NCBI GenBank assembly: GCA_963803805.1
Contig: CAWDOD010000001.1
Coordinates: 32,001 to 96,000 of the forward strand
Reading direction: 5' to 3'
DNA: 64,000 nucleotides
From: an uncultured cyanobacterium
GTDB lineage: Bacteria > Cyanobacteriota > Cyanobacteriia > Cyanobacteriales > CAWCAG01
The notes under the pieces were generated by a model. It was not told the DNA's origin, did no database searches, and worked only from the letters and a program-made list of their open reading frames with translations. Position numbers and translations under genes: made by a program. Below, in pieces: positions 20,082 through 30,364 of this stretch (within the stretch, counting starts at the first letter, position 1; each line of letters opens with the position of its first letter).

Positions 20082-23000
20082 CTATCGTGCCATTGCAGCT
20101 TCTTTTTGAGAAGACTGTCTTTTGTTTTTGCTAGCTGAATGTTGAGACATTTGCTGCTGCTTAGATTTTTCCAGAGCCTCTTTAACTTTTGGCCCAACTC
20201 TTTCGGTGAAGTAATCTGCTCTCTTATCGCTCAAGTTGGAGCCTAAATCTTTCCATTCTCCCCCATCATATTTAGCTTTCATTACTATCTCTTCAGTCTG
20301 ACTATCAGTTAAAGTTATCGATAAATCGTCATAATCGTACTCACAGGTGTGTTTACTACCACGTTTACTAAGCTTTCCATTCGCATCAATTTCACCCGCA
20401 ACTTTCAAATAAGATGAGACTACAGGAGCGACTTTGCTTACTTTTTCTTGCTGTTCGTTGCTATTGTTATCAGCAAGTATTGGTTTTTCAACCTTTTTAC
20501 TATCACTTTCGCTAGCTAATATAGGTTTTTCAACTTTCTCTTGAGAGAGTTTTTCCTGTTCTCTTTTTTGTAAAGCCTTTTTAACTTTTGGCCCAACTCT
20601 TTTGGTAAAGTAGTCTGTTCTCTTATCACTCAAATTAGAACCTAAATCTTGCCATTTTTCCCCATCATATTTAGCTTTCATTACTGTTTCTTTAGTCTTA
20701 TTGTCAACTAAAGCGACAGTTCGAGATTCTTCATTTAAACTACTAGTATGGCGCTTACCTTCTACCTTGCTTTTACCTTTAAGCTTTAAATAATCAGCAA
20801 CCACAGGAGCAACTTGCTCTACTTTGTTTTGTTGCTCTGAATTATTAGTAAGTGTTGGTTTCTCAACCTTATCATCAGCTAGTATCGGTTTCTCTGTACC
20901 GTTGTCATAGGTTTCAACTTCATGATTGTCACTGGCCAGTGTAGATTCTTCAACTTCTTCCTCAACCACCTCTGAACCAACAATCTCATTTGAATCAACT
21001 ACCTCAACAACTTCATAACCTTCATTACTTACTTCTTCTTCGTTATGAGTTGCTGGTTGAGGCTGACTCCCATCGCCAATTTCATTTAGGTTAACTACTT
21101 CATGCAGTTTTTCTTCAACCTGATTTTCAGACTCTTCTGAGTTATTGGTAAGTATAGGCTCCTCAACTTCTTCATTTTGAGTCACTGGTTGAGAGTCAGT
21201 CTCAACCTCATCATCAGCCAATATCGGCTTCTCTGTACCATTTTCGTAAGTTTCAACTTCATCATCAGCAAGTACAGGCTCCTCAACTTCTTCATTGTCG
21301 TCAGCTAGCACAGGTTTCTCTGTACCATTCTCGTAAACCTTAACTTTAGGATCATCATTCATATTCATTTTGCTACCTAAAATCACATCACTACTATCAG
21401 GGCCAACACCAACTCTCCCTGACGAAGCTCTACTAATTTGCTGTTCAAGCTCCTCCTCAGCCTCATCTGCTTTTTGCTGCAAACTCTCTGTATCAGGCAA
21501 TTCAAGCCCTACAATCTCACGAGCTAAATAGTTATCTTCTTCTTTTGCGTACAAACCATTATTCTCATTAAGATAATCGACAACTTTACCTAAGTTCTCT
21601 TCAGTAACATAAGCTTCCATGCGATTACCAACTGAAACAAACTCATCATCAGCCGCCGCCAGCAAGTCTTGATCCAAGAAATATTGACCTCCTTTAGACT
21701 TAGATTTAGGAGTAGATAATAAGTAAGTTCTATCAAGATCAGTATAGGAAGGGTGGTGTTCAATAGTTAAGTTTTTGTCTTTAGTACTAACCTCTTTTTT
21801 GTATTCCTTAGTGAGCTTTTTCACAGACTCTACATCAGGTATGCGTATGGGCATTTTCTCCAGATGCTCCTCAATGGAGAATCCTTTCTTCATCAAGATA
21901 CCCTGCTCAATTTCCCCCTCACTATTGGTAAAAATAGAAACCTTACCCTCCTTTAAGTATTTCTCAGAAGCCCGAAGTAAGTTACCTTTAATCATGCCTC
22001 TCTGTTCACGGCCGGAGGTTTGACGCTCATCAAACAACCTATAAACTGGTGTTTGATCAAAATCATCTACTTTCTGAGGCTTCATTTTGTAGTCGCGATA
22101 ACTATTCATTTCTCCCATCTTGGAGTGAGGAATTTTTAATTCCCTAGCCTGATCTGCTACTGCCACTGTTGTTTTCCAACTACTAGGAGCTACAGGATTT
22201 GCATTTTCACTTCCTTTATAGCTATGCCCTTGAATAACTCCATACATAACCATATTGTTGGGAGTTTGTACCTTTACTGTTTCTCCCACAGGGTAATTTT
22301 GAATTACCTCTTTCAGTTTTTCAGCTTGCCCATCTATTTTGTTATTAAAATTTTCTTTCTGTCCATCAGTTTTAAACAGTGACTCTTTTTTCTTTTTGTA
22401 ATCCAATACAGATTGAACTACTTCCTCTATCTGCCCTTGGGAATGCTTTTGACTAAGAGCTTTTACTTCATCTAATGCAGAGACATGATCCTCAACTTCA
22501 TCGACTTCCGCTAACCCTAGTTTCTCCCTAACCCCATTAACAACATCCAGAGTCTTAGGAGGTTGGCGATTGTTTTTAATCGAGACAATCTGAAAATCAA
22601 CTCCTTGAGTAAAGGGAGAATCACTTCCAGGATCAGAAGGTTGTAACTCTGCTGATGCCAATGTTACAGCATCAAGGTCTTCCGCTTCTGCATCTAGCTC
22701 ATAAGCACCAATAGATTTTAGCTCTCTAACTCTATCTTGATAGTCTGTTTCCAACCTCCCAATCAACTCTTCCTGTTCTTCTAGATCCAACATTGGCATA
22801 CGTCCAGTGACGCGACGCATATTCCCCTCATACGGTTTTATCGGATGTGATAATTTCTGACTTAACTCCGGATCTTCTTCTACTATATCTGCTGCTACCT
22901 CATCACCAATTTCATTAAACATATCAATGGCATCGCCAAAATTGACTTGAGATTCAGCATTAGCTGTAGTGTTGGCGGCTAACGAGGACATTTTATTCAT

Positions 23001-26000
23001 CAGAATAGCTGTCTGTCGCTTTTCATGGGGAATGTCCCCAGAAACAATAGTGATATGAGGTGCTTTTGTTTGCCCAGTACGATGCACTCGCCCAAAAAAC
23101 TGCTTAGCTACATTTACGTCTCCCTCCGGTTGTACCAACAAAAATCTCCTACGGCGTTGGTCTTGAGCCTTTTCTGAAGCATGGAGAGATATTCCAGTAG
23201 ACGCAACCTGATTACCGATTGCTCCATCAATCTCCCCGCTTTGAAACTGGTCAACGGTTTTACCTAAAGCAGCTTTACCTGTGTCTCTAGAACTACGTTT
23301 TTGATATACAGGCAAATAGTTCCCATCTTCTTGCTTCTGATAATCTATATAGGATGAGCGTCCCGTCATTTCACCGATACTATAACCAGCTTCTTCCATT
23401 TTGCATTTGTACCAGTCGATAGGAGAAGCAGGTACAGACGTAAAATCCGTTTCATCTATTAGTCGTTCAATCTCATCCCAAGCATCTAATGCTTCTGTAC
23501 TTAACTCCTCGTCACTTAGCCTCCGCCTTGTAGTTTCTCCATAAGCATCTCTAGTAATAACTTCCCGTGACCTCTCAGCATAATGCCTAAGCATATCTCC
23601 CAAGTTAGCGTCAATAGGATCACCAGGCTTAATGTCATTCTCTTCTGCGTAGCGTCCAAAAAATGATTCAGAAGTACGTGAAATCGCAACAAAAGGTTTC
23701 TCCCCTTTGTCAAGAGCCTCCAGGGATTTATCAATCGTACCGTCAATTTTTTTAGCTAAAGTTGATGCGTTAAGATAATTGTGCATCAAAGAAGCAAAGT
23801 TCTGGCTATCTGCCCCAGCTTTCCCTGTAGCGTTATCTCCCAAAACCTCTTTAGCTTCTGCTTTTAAAAGATTATCAACACTTTTAAGAGTACTTTGTTT
23901 ACAATCATCAAAGTCACGAATAGCAGCCATAACATTAGCTTCTGCATTCGTTAACTCCCGGCTAGCTTCAACAACCTCTGCATCAAAGTCAACCCCTTCA
24001 AAACTTCTTTCCCTACGAACATACTGACCAGCTTCTGTAAGTTCATTGGCTAGAACCTGCTGCATAGGCAAACCACCATCGGTAGTTATTCTAATCAGCG
24101 AATTGATATCCTCTACCGCAGCGCCCATACCAGTACGGGAATAGAAATCCATCATATTCGGATCTTTTGCATAGGTAGCACTGGCAGAAAAAGTACGCTT
24201 ACTTTTCTTCTTCAACTCCCTAGCAAATTCTGCTGCATTAAGAGGATCTTTTGACCAAGGATTTCTATCCGGAGCAGCCCCAGCCGAGTGAGATTCATCT
24301 AAGGCTAAAAATGAGGAAGGAGCAAAGGTACGCAAAAGATCCCTACGACGTGGCTCTTCTCCCCTAACAGTTTGCATCTGAGAGTAGGTGGTAAAAATAG
24401 CATTGTAATCCCCTTTTAAATCTCCACTAGCTATCATTTCCTCCATCTCTTTATCATGGCTATCTTTGCCGTACTTAATCCTCTCCCCATTGTGGAGACG
24501 TAAGTTGAGGTTAGAGTCAGTGCAAAAAGGTTTTACATCCTCAACTCCAATCTCTTCAAACCCTTCAACAACATCTCTGTAAAGGTTATTATCTTTAGTA
24601 ACAACGATGGGTGTACTACCTTGTTGTCGAGCATATTGAGTGATTGCTGCTAACTGTCTAGATTTGCCAAAACCTGTATCATCTCCTAAGACAACTTCTC
24701 CATCTTTATCGTAGTTATCTATGCCTAAAGCTACTCCTTCAATCTGTTCTGCACTCAAAGCTTCATAGAGTCTATCTTTATCCCACTCTCCAGAACCAGC
24801 CACAGAGCTAGCACCTGCGACATAAGAATTCATTTTCCCTACTACCCAATCGTCTAGATCCTCATAGCCTTCCTGTTGGGCATTCTTCTCTAATTTTAGT
24901 AAACGCTTACGCAAAGCTTTGTGCATATTAGAAGGAACCAGGGCATTAAATGACTTCCCTTTTGAAATTGGCTCCCAAGGTGTTTGTAAGTCTTGTGTAT
25001 TTTCCATGATTCCTCCTAAGTTTAAGCTTGGTTGGTCACGCTGGTTCTCACTAGTTCCAGCCATTCCCGTAGTTGAATGTCTTTTATTGCCGTCTGAGCC
25101 TGCTGAATCTCCTCCTTTCTCTCCACTATCTTCAGGGGATAATCCACCAGCAGATGAAGGTTCAGGCTCTCCCTGAGCAACTCGTTCTCCTCCGTTAAGT
25201 CTCTGGCTATCACGTAAGCTCCCAAAGTTGGAGTATTGATCAGATTCTGCAAATTCTCCTCGGTTTTCCCCTCTATAGGTGCTACCATCTGTTCCGGTAG
25301 ACTCTGCCGGATCATATCCACTGCCCACTTCATATTGTTGTGTTGGAGAATCAGATACTCTACCCTCTTCAATAGCAAGTTCAGGTAAGAATCCTGAGTC
25401 TTTATTTTCTGAAGGACTTTGGGAACTTCTATTGCTGTCCACTGAGCGATTACCGCCAGGGATGCGGACTCTATTTGTTCCTCTGTTGGTATCCAATAGT
25501 TGGGATGATCTAGATACATATTTAGTTAATACCTCCTTTTCAATTTCTGCAAAACTACTATGAACGGGGGGAACATCAACCGCCGGATAGGGGAGTGCTG
25601 ATTTTCCTTTCCCATCTATGGCAATAACATCTATGGGATAATTAGCCCCTTGACGGTTATATAAGGAACCATCAAGGGAAAAATGTTCAGTAACGTTGTA
25701 ATCATCGTAAAGACTTTTGAAAAAAGCCCTGTTTTGGCGAGAGTTGTAAGACCTACCCCTAGCTTCAGGATCTAAACCCTTCACTCCTCCAATAATCAAA
25801 ACTGCTCTCCCATCATCTTTCAATGAAGAGAGTGCGTTCAAAGAGATTGCATGGTCAATTTCTTTAGTATGATACTTGCCAGTATCCCAAGTTTTATTAC
25901 TTCCATCTTTCTCCTTAACCCTACCAAAGGGAGGGTTAGCAACAACCACATCTACTTTTTGGTCAGGGCGGTAAGTGGTTGCATCAAAGGTAGTAGTTTT

Positions 26001-26468
26001 ATAGCCTTGCCTTTGCAATGCCTTGGCTCTATCAAAGTCTAACTCGTTAGCCTGCACATTTTGAGGATCAGCTTCTAGCAACAAAGCCCCATTCCCTGCT
26101 GAAGGTTCAAAAACAGAATCCTCTTGACCAATTCCAGCTAAACGATTAGCTAAATAAGCAATGGGTAAAGGAGTTGAGTAAGCCTGGTTAGCAACACTAC
26201 TACTAGTGCGAGTACCCAATCGAGGCTGACGCTGATACAAATCTACAAGACTATGGTAAGCAGAAATTTCATCTTCACTTTCAATTATCTCCTTAGCTAC
26301 CTCTATCAAAGATTCTTCAATAGTTTCTTCTAACTCCTTAGCTTGTGGAGTACCAAAGTTTATCTTTTCCCCTAACTTATCTCCAGCCCAAGACCTAGCT
26401 TGGGTAATTGTTCTAAAACTATTACCCTGACGGAAATATTCAGCTAGTTCTTGAGTTAATTCAGCCAT
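20082..26468 (-). CDS. N6-methyltransferase + strawberry-notch (SF2) helicase fusion
   Basis: FEPSAGNGAL and ANPPFG (MTase); GDDTGFGKSRQ, LDESH, STGISLHA, QFFGRVHRTGQ (strawberry-notch helicase); two copies of the shared C-terminal domain. Confidence 0.88.
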   Translation of the reverse strand: MAELTQELAEYFRQGNSFRTITQARSWAGDKLGEKINFGTPQAKELEETIEESLIEVAKEIIESEDEISAYHSLVDLYQRQPRLGTRTSSSVANQAYSTPLPIAYLANRLAGIGQEDSVFEPSAGNGALLLEADPQNVQANELDFDRAKALQRQGYKTTTFDATTYRPDQKVDVVVANPPFGRVKEKDGSNKTWDTGKYHTKEIDHAISLNALSSLKDDGRAVLIIGGVKGLDPEARGRSYNSRQNRAFFKSLYDDYNVTEHFSLDGSLYNRQGANYPIDVIAIDGKGKSALPYPAVDVPPVHSSFAEIEKEVLTKYVSRSSQLLDTNRGTNRVRIPGGNRSVDSNRSSQSPSENKDSGFLPELAIEEGRVSDSPTQQYEVGSGYDPAESTGTDGSTYRGENRGEFAESDQYSNFGSLRDSQRLNGGERVAQGEPEPSSAGGLSPEDSGEKGGDSAGSDGNKRHSTTGMAGTSENQRDQPSLNLGGIMENTQDLQTPWEPISKGKSFNALVPSNMHKALRKRLLKLEKNAQQEGYEDLDDWVVGKMNSYVAGASSVAGSGEWDKDRLYEALSAEQIEGVALGIDNYDKDGEVVLGDDTGFGKSRQLAAITQYARQQGSTPIVVTKDNNLYRDVVEGFEEIGVEDVKPFCTDSNLNLRLHNGERIKYGKDSHDKEMEEMIASGDLKGDYNAIFTTYSQMQTVRGEEPRRRDLLRTFAPSSFLALDESHSAGAAPDRNPWSKDPLNAAEFARELKKKSKRTFSASATYAKDPNMMDFYSRTGMGAAVEDINSLIRITTDGGLPMQQVLANELTEAGQYVRRERSFEGVDFDAEVVEASRELTNAEANVMAAIRDFDDCKQSTLKSVDNLLKAEAKEVLGDNATGKAGADSQNFASLMHNYLNASTLAKKIDGTIDKSLEALDKGEKPFVAISRTSESFFGRYAEENDIKPGDPIDANLGDMLRHYAERSREVITRDAYGETTRRRLSDEELSTEALDAWDEIERLIDETDFTSVPASPIDWYKCKMEEAGYSIGEMTGRSSYIDYQKQEDGNYLPVYQKRSSRDTGKAALGKTVDQFQSGEIDGAIGNQVASTGISLHASEKAQDQRRRRFLLVQPEGDVNVAKQFFGRVHRTGQTKAPHITIVSGDIPHEKRQTAILMNKMSSLAANTTANAESQVNFGDAIDMFNEIGDEVAADIVEEDPELSQKLSHPIKPYEGNMRRVTGRMPMLDLEEQEELIGRLETDYQDRVRELKSIGAYELDAEAEDLDAVTLASAELQPSDPGSDSPFTQGVDFQIVSIKNNRQPPKTLDVVNGVREKLGLAEVDEVEDHVSALDEVKALSQKHSQGQIEEVVQSVLDYKKKKESLFKTDGQKENFNNKIDGQAEKLKEVIQNYPVGETVKVQTPNNMVMYGVIQGHSYKGSENANPVAPSSWKTTVAVADQARELKIPHSKMGEMNSYRDYKMKPQKVDDFDQTPVYRLFDERQTSGREQRGMIKGNLLRASEKYLKEGKVSIFTNSEGEIEQGILMKKGFSIEEHLEKMPIRIPDVESVKKLTKEYKKEVSTKDKNLTIEHHPSYTDLDRTYLLSTPKSKSKGGQYFLDQDLLAAADDEFVSVGNRMEAYVTEENLGKVVDYLNENNGLYAKEEDNYLAREIVGLELPDTESLQQKADEAEEELEQQISRASSGRVGVGPDSSDVILGSKMNMNDDPKVKVYENGTEKPVLADDNEEVEEPVLADDEVETYENGTEKPILADDEVETDSQPVTQNEEVEEPILTNNSEESENQVEEKLHEVVNLNEIGDGSQPQPATHNEEEVSNEGYEVVEVVDSNEIVGSEVVEEEVEESTLASDNHEVETYDNGTEKPILADDKVEKPTLTNNSEQQNKVEQVAPVVADYLKLKGKSKVEGKRHTSSLNEESRTVALVDNKTKETVMKAKYDGEKWQDLGSNLSDKRTDYFTKRVGPKVKKALQKREQEKLSQEKVEKPILASESDSKKVEKPILADNNSNEQQEKVSKVAPVVSSYLKVAGEIDANGKLSKRGSKHTCEYDYDDLSITLTDSQTEEIVMKAKYDGGEWKDLGSNLSDKRADYFTERVGPKVKEALEKSKQQQMSQHSASKNKRQSSQKEAAMAR

Positions 26469-26476
26469 TTATCTAA

Positions 26477-26941
26477 TCAAATTTCTGCCAAAGTTAAATT
26501 TACTAACCAATCTTTGAAAGCTGTCTGCCCGATAATTTTTTCAGCTAATTCATCGTCGCCAGCTTGTAAGGGGAAAACGAATTCTACATATTCATTTAAT
26601 AGCTCTATTAAAGCTAAATTAGTTAAAGTTAATCCTTCTGCGATCGCAGTGGATAAACTAACAGGAGATTTCCCATTAGATTGAAAGTTAATAATAGACT
26701 CTAAAGGAATTTCTTCTAACATTTTATCAGGCAAAACATTTTTGATTAACCCAATTAAACAATCTTTATCTTTTTCTTTTTCAATCATACCTTTAACTCT
26801 CACACCCAAAAAGTTAAGATACTCTTCAGGATTTTCAACTGAAAGTTGAGGCTTAGGTAGCTCAATAGTACTGATAATTTGAATAGAGTCTGTGCTTTTG
26901 GGAAGCCAAAAGTTAGAATTACCATAATATGACATACTCAT
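26477..26941 (-). CDS. Hypothetical protein
   Basis: 154-aa ORF tightly packed in operon. Confidence 0.55.
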   Translation of the reverse strand: MSMSYYGNSNFWLPKSTDSIQIISTIELPKPQLSVENPEEYLNFLGVRVKGMIEKEKDKDCLIGLIKNVLPDKMLEEIPLESIINFQSNGKSPVSLSTAIAEGLTLTNLALIELLNEYVEFVFPLQAGDDELAEKIIGQTAFKDWLVNLTLAEI

Positions 26942-27312
26942 AACTCCATACCTTCATCTGGTTGCTGAAGTTCTTGTTGCTCCTGCTTAAACTGCCTAGC
27001 TTTTTGGGTTATTCTTTCAGAGAAATTTCTTGTCCTTTCAGAGGAAAGATTAGAACCTTGATCTTGCCAAGTCTCACCATCAAACTTAGCTCTAGCAAAA
27101 GTTTCTCCTGTCTTGCTATCACTGATGTCTAAGCTTTGCTCTTCATCATTGTAAACAAGAGTATTATTACTTCCAATAATTTCGCTAGTACCAGCCAAAG
27201 ACAAAACTGTAGCAGCCATAGAAGCGACTTGTTCCACTTGTTTTTGCTGGTCAAATTCATGCAAACTTTGACCTAGTGGTTTTTTACTTTTACTAACCGT
27301 TAGTCCTGGCAT
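26938..27312 (-). CDS. Stand-alone copy of the shared C-terminal domain
   Basis: QVEQVA...RAKFDGETWQDQGSNLS. Confidence 0.7.
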   Translation of the reverse strand: MPGLTVSKSKKPLGQSLHEFDQQKQVEQVASMAATVLSLAGTSEIIGSNNTLVYNDEEQSLDISDSKTGETFARAKFDGETWQDQGSNLSSERTRNFSERITQKARQFKQEQQELQQPDEGMEL

Positions 27313-27313
27313 T

Positions 27314-28423
27314 TTAGTTACCCACCCTAGCTATTTTCTCAAAGTTTAAAACTGGAACAAGTCTAACTGACAAATCTGTAGGCTTTTTAAGCTTTAGATT
27401 AAGCTTTTTTTGTAAACTATTAACTTGCTCTTCAGTAATTTTCTCAGATGTTTTAACTTCTAAACTAACTATAAGATGTTCAGTTTTTTTGTGAGGTATT
27501 TTTGTAGGGACAAAGCCTAAAATTTTAGTCTTGCTTGGTCTTTCTTTACGAAATATTTTACGGACAGTAACTTCTGCTGCCTCATCACGTTCTTTAGAAT
27601 CGAAAGGGTCAGTACGCATTATAGAACCAACACTACGACTCAAACGTTGCTCAAATAATAAATCCCCTAACGAAACCGTTAAGGGAATGGCACTAACTAT
27701 TAGTAAGAGTAACACAAGAATAAGCCCTTTTTGAGTGGCACTTTCTTTAAATGAACCATACCCTAATAAAGTAAAAACCACTAAAGCACTAAACAACATC
27801 CCGGCTAAATTAGAAGCAAATAACAACCCAGCACCAGTACTAAGTTGCCAACTCCTTAAAGCAATACCAATACCAATTACACTCAAAGGAGGTACTAAAG
27901 CAACTGCAATCGCAACACCTGCTAAAGAGTCAGCAATATCTTCATGAGACATGACAAAAGACCCTGCTGCCCCTGCTGCGATCGCAACTCCCAAATCAAT
28001 TAAAGTAGGATTAATTCTAGCGTTAATTTGAGCAGTCAGAGTCTCAATCCCTAACGACAAAGTTATGGCAACAGAAACAACAACCACAATCAATATACCC
28101 ATTACCAAAGTGAAAGTAGCCCTGGTAATCAGTTTACGATTATCAATTAATGCCCCAAATGAAACAGCTAGTACTGCCCCCATCATAGGAGCAAGCAACA
28201 TAGAGCCAACAATAGCCGCCGCCGAATTAGCAAGTAAACCAAGAGTGGAGATAATACCAGCAACAGACATCAAAAAATAATATCCCAAGGAGGGCAAACT
28301 AGCCTTAAGATACTGCTGTTGCATTTTAGCAAGTGAAAGCTGGGGGGAATTTAGCCATTTCCACTTCCCTCTATTGTAGCTACTAATAATCGTCCAAACT
28401 TTCTGTATCATCTTGCTTTCCAT
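27314..28423 (-). CDS. DUF389/TIGR00341-like membrane protein
   Basis: GLLANSAAAIVGSMLLAP, LAGVAIAVALVPPL; multiple TM helices. Confidence 0.82.
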   Translation of the reverse strand: MESKMIQKVWTIISSYNRGKWKWLNSPQLSLAKMQQQYLKASLPSLGYYFLMSVAGIISTLGLLANSAAAIVGSMLLAPMMGAVLAVSFGALIDNRKLITRATFTLVMGILIVVVVSVAITLSLGIETLTAQINARINPTLIDLGVAIAAGAAGSFVMSHEDIADSLAGVAIAVALVPPLSVIGIGIALRSWQLSTGAGLLFASNLAGMLFSALVVFTLLGYGSFKESATQKGLILVLLLLIVSAIPLTVSLGDLLFEQRLSRSVGSIMRTDPFDSKERDEAAEVTVRKIFRKERPSKTKILGFVPTKIPHKKTEHLIVSLEVKTSEKITEEQVNSLQKKLNLKLKKPTDLSVRLVPVLNFEKIARVGN

Positions 28424-28441
28424 AGCTTGTAATTTAATTCT

Positions 28442-30325
28442 TCAAATATCATACAAACCTCCAGGAGGAGGTTTCTTGCCTCCTCCTGTACTTACAGTGT
28501 TGGTATTTTCTTTCTCATCATCAGGCAAAGGTAACAACCGATCTGCTTCCTCTTGTCGCTTTTTTAGTTCCTGCTGCAACCAAGTACTTTGTTCTACTTC
28601 ACTTTGACCATAAATCCCTCTAGCCTTTTGCTCTAGCTTGATTAAATTAGGTAAAATCTGCTCGTCCCAAAGCTCAAGACATTCTTTCCTCCTTTTAATA
28701 TATTCTTTGGGAATAGGAACCCGATCAATATGCCAAGGAACGCCACCCCCCATAGTCGGGTTCATATAAATACATTCCCCTACGCCCATACTGTTGATAG
28801 AATCTGCACTCATAAGAGGACGAATATGAGTTTGATCTGAAGTACTTACTGACCCCCCAGATGAACCACGGTTACGGCTTCTCGATTTATTTTGGGTTAT
28901 AATTTCGGTATCTCCCAAGTACTGAGAATACTGCGATGCAGTTTCTTGATCTCCAGGGTTAAACCAAAATTTTGTAGCTAAACCAGAACTAAGAAATTGA
29001 GCTTTATCTTTGCCATAAGCTTCTCTCATCTGGGGAGAGTTTTGATAAGCAAACATAAAAACTGCCCCCTTAGACCGATGGAGGTTAGCCCAGTTAGGTG
29101 CATCAGTAATTGTAAACGTAGATGCTTCATCAAAAGAACAGACTATGGGAACCTTACGCTGTTCAGAGCAATTGTAGTTGACATATGTTTGTATAATTGC
29201 CGCTAAGAAGGGGTTAATTGTATCGCTACGAAAAATGTCAGATTGAAAGAAAATCATCTGCTTCTTTCCAAGCATAGAAGGAGCAGTACTTTGACCCATC
29301 ATGCAGCCTAATAAATCTGGCTGAATAAAGTCAGTCAAAACATCAATTGCTCCAGCTTCAATACTCCCAGCCGTCTTTTCTACATCAGCAACCTTAATAA
29401 GCTGGTCAAACTGAACCCTAACCCATTCTGGTAATACCTCACTTCCTTCCTCTGCTGCTTTAGCTAACCGTTTAGGAAACTCAGATAATTGTAAAAAGCT
29501 AAAAGCCATCCCTAAATCAGGGTATTTTGTACCCTTAGCTAACATAAATAATGCTTGTACTAACCTTGCACCAGCAGGGCCAAAGAAAGCATCTCCTTTA
29601 CCCTGATCTCCTTTTACATTTGCATGGAAAGTACTAGCTAGGTTTGCAGCAGTGGTAGTATCATTATTATCTTGCAGAAAATCTAAAGGATTAATCACAC
29701 AGGTATAATCCCTACCAGGAGCAAAAATACTAACTTCATACCCACACCTAATAGCATGGGTACAAAGATAGTCTATTTGTCCTCCATGCCCCTTGTCATC
29801 TGCCTTGTAATCGTAGACAATGCCTGAAAATCCTTGATCAATAGCTGAGGCACAAAGAGGATCTATAACTGAGAAAGTTTTACCAGAACCAGGGCCACCA
29901 GTTACCTCAATACTTCGGTTTGCTTTAGGTAAAGATAGTATAGGTGGTTTACCACCGAACAAGGTTGATAGTTCAGGTAGTATACGCTTTGTATGCCAAG
30001 GTTTTTTAATACCAATGTAAAGAGCAACATCATCAACAGCATCAGACTCAAGAAGTTTTTTGGTATTACGAACTAGTTCTACCTTATCTTTCCTATCAGC
30101 CCATTTAGCCGTTGTTAGTTTATTTTTCTTACCCCTACCGAAAATGAGAGCAACAACTCCCAGTACACCTCCCAAGCCCAAGAGCATGAGGATATCTGGT
30201 GAAGCAAAAGTATCTCTAAATGCTCCAATGAAACTACTAGCAATGCCAGAGCTACCGTCGCTACTTGAGCTTTGAGCTATTACGGGATTAGTGTAATAAA
30301 TAGGATGCTGTTGTCGAGTTTTCAT
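28442..30325 (-). CDS. virD4: Type IV coupling protein (VirD4/TraG-like)
   Basis: N-terminal TM, GGPGSGKT, YDYK, FDEAST, AYQNSPQMREAYG, RPLMSADSI. Confidence 0.88.
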   Translation of the reverse strand: MKTRQQHPIYYTNPVIAQSSSSDGSSGIASSFIGAFRDTFASPDILMLLGLGGVLGVVALIFGRGKKNKLTTAKWADRKDKVELVRNTKKLLESDAVDDVALYIGIKKPWHTKRILPELSTLFGGKPPILSLPKANRSIEVTGGPGSGKTFSVIDPLCASAIDQGFSGIVYDYKADDKGHGGQIDYLCTHAIRCGYEVSIFAPGRDYTCVINPLDFLQDNNDTTTAANLASTFHANVKGDQGKGDAFFGPAGARLVQALFMLAKGTKYPDLGMAFSFLQLSEFPKRLAKAAEEGSEVLPEWVRVQFDQLIKVADVEKTAGSIEAGAIDVLTDFIQPDLLGCMMGQSTAPSMLGKKQMIFFQSDIFRSDTINPFLAAIIQTYVNYNCSEQRKVPIVCSFDEASTFTITDAPNWANLHRSKGAVFMFAYQNSPQMREAYGKDKAQFLSSGLATKFWFNPGDQETASQYSQYLGDTEIITQNKSRSRNRGSSGGSVSTSDQTHIRPLMSADSINSMGVGECIYMNPTMGGGVPWHIDRVPIPKEYIKRRKECLELWDEQILPNLIKLEQKARGIYGQSEVEQSTWLQQELKKRQEEADRLLPLPDDEKENTNTVSTGGGKKPPPGGLYDI

Positions 30326-30364
30326 CTTCTTCTCTACTTTTATTCGACAATGAAAAGAACTACT

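Noticed and set aside
25022-25519. 165-aa alternate-frame ORF within the helicase linker
   Set aside because: Nested in the open 2128-aa frame with no recognisable motif; an overprinted gene cannot be supported.
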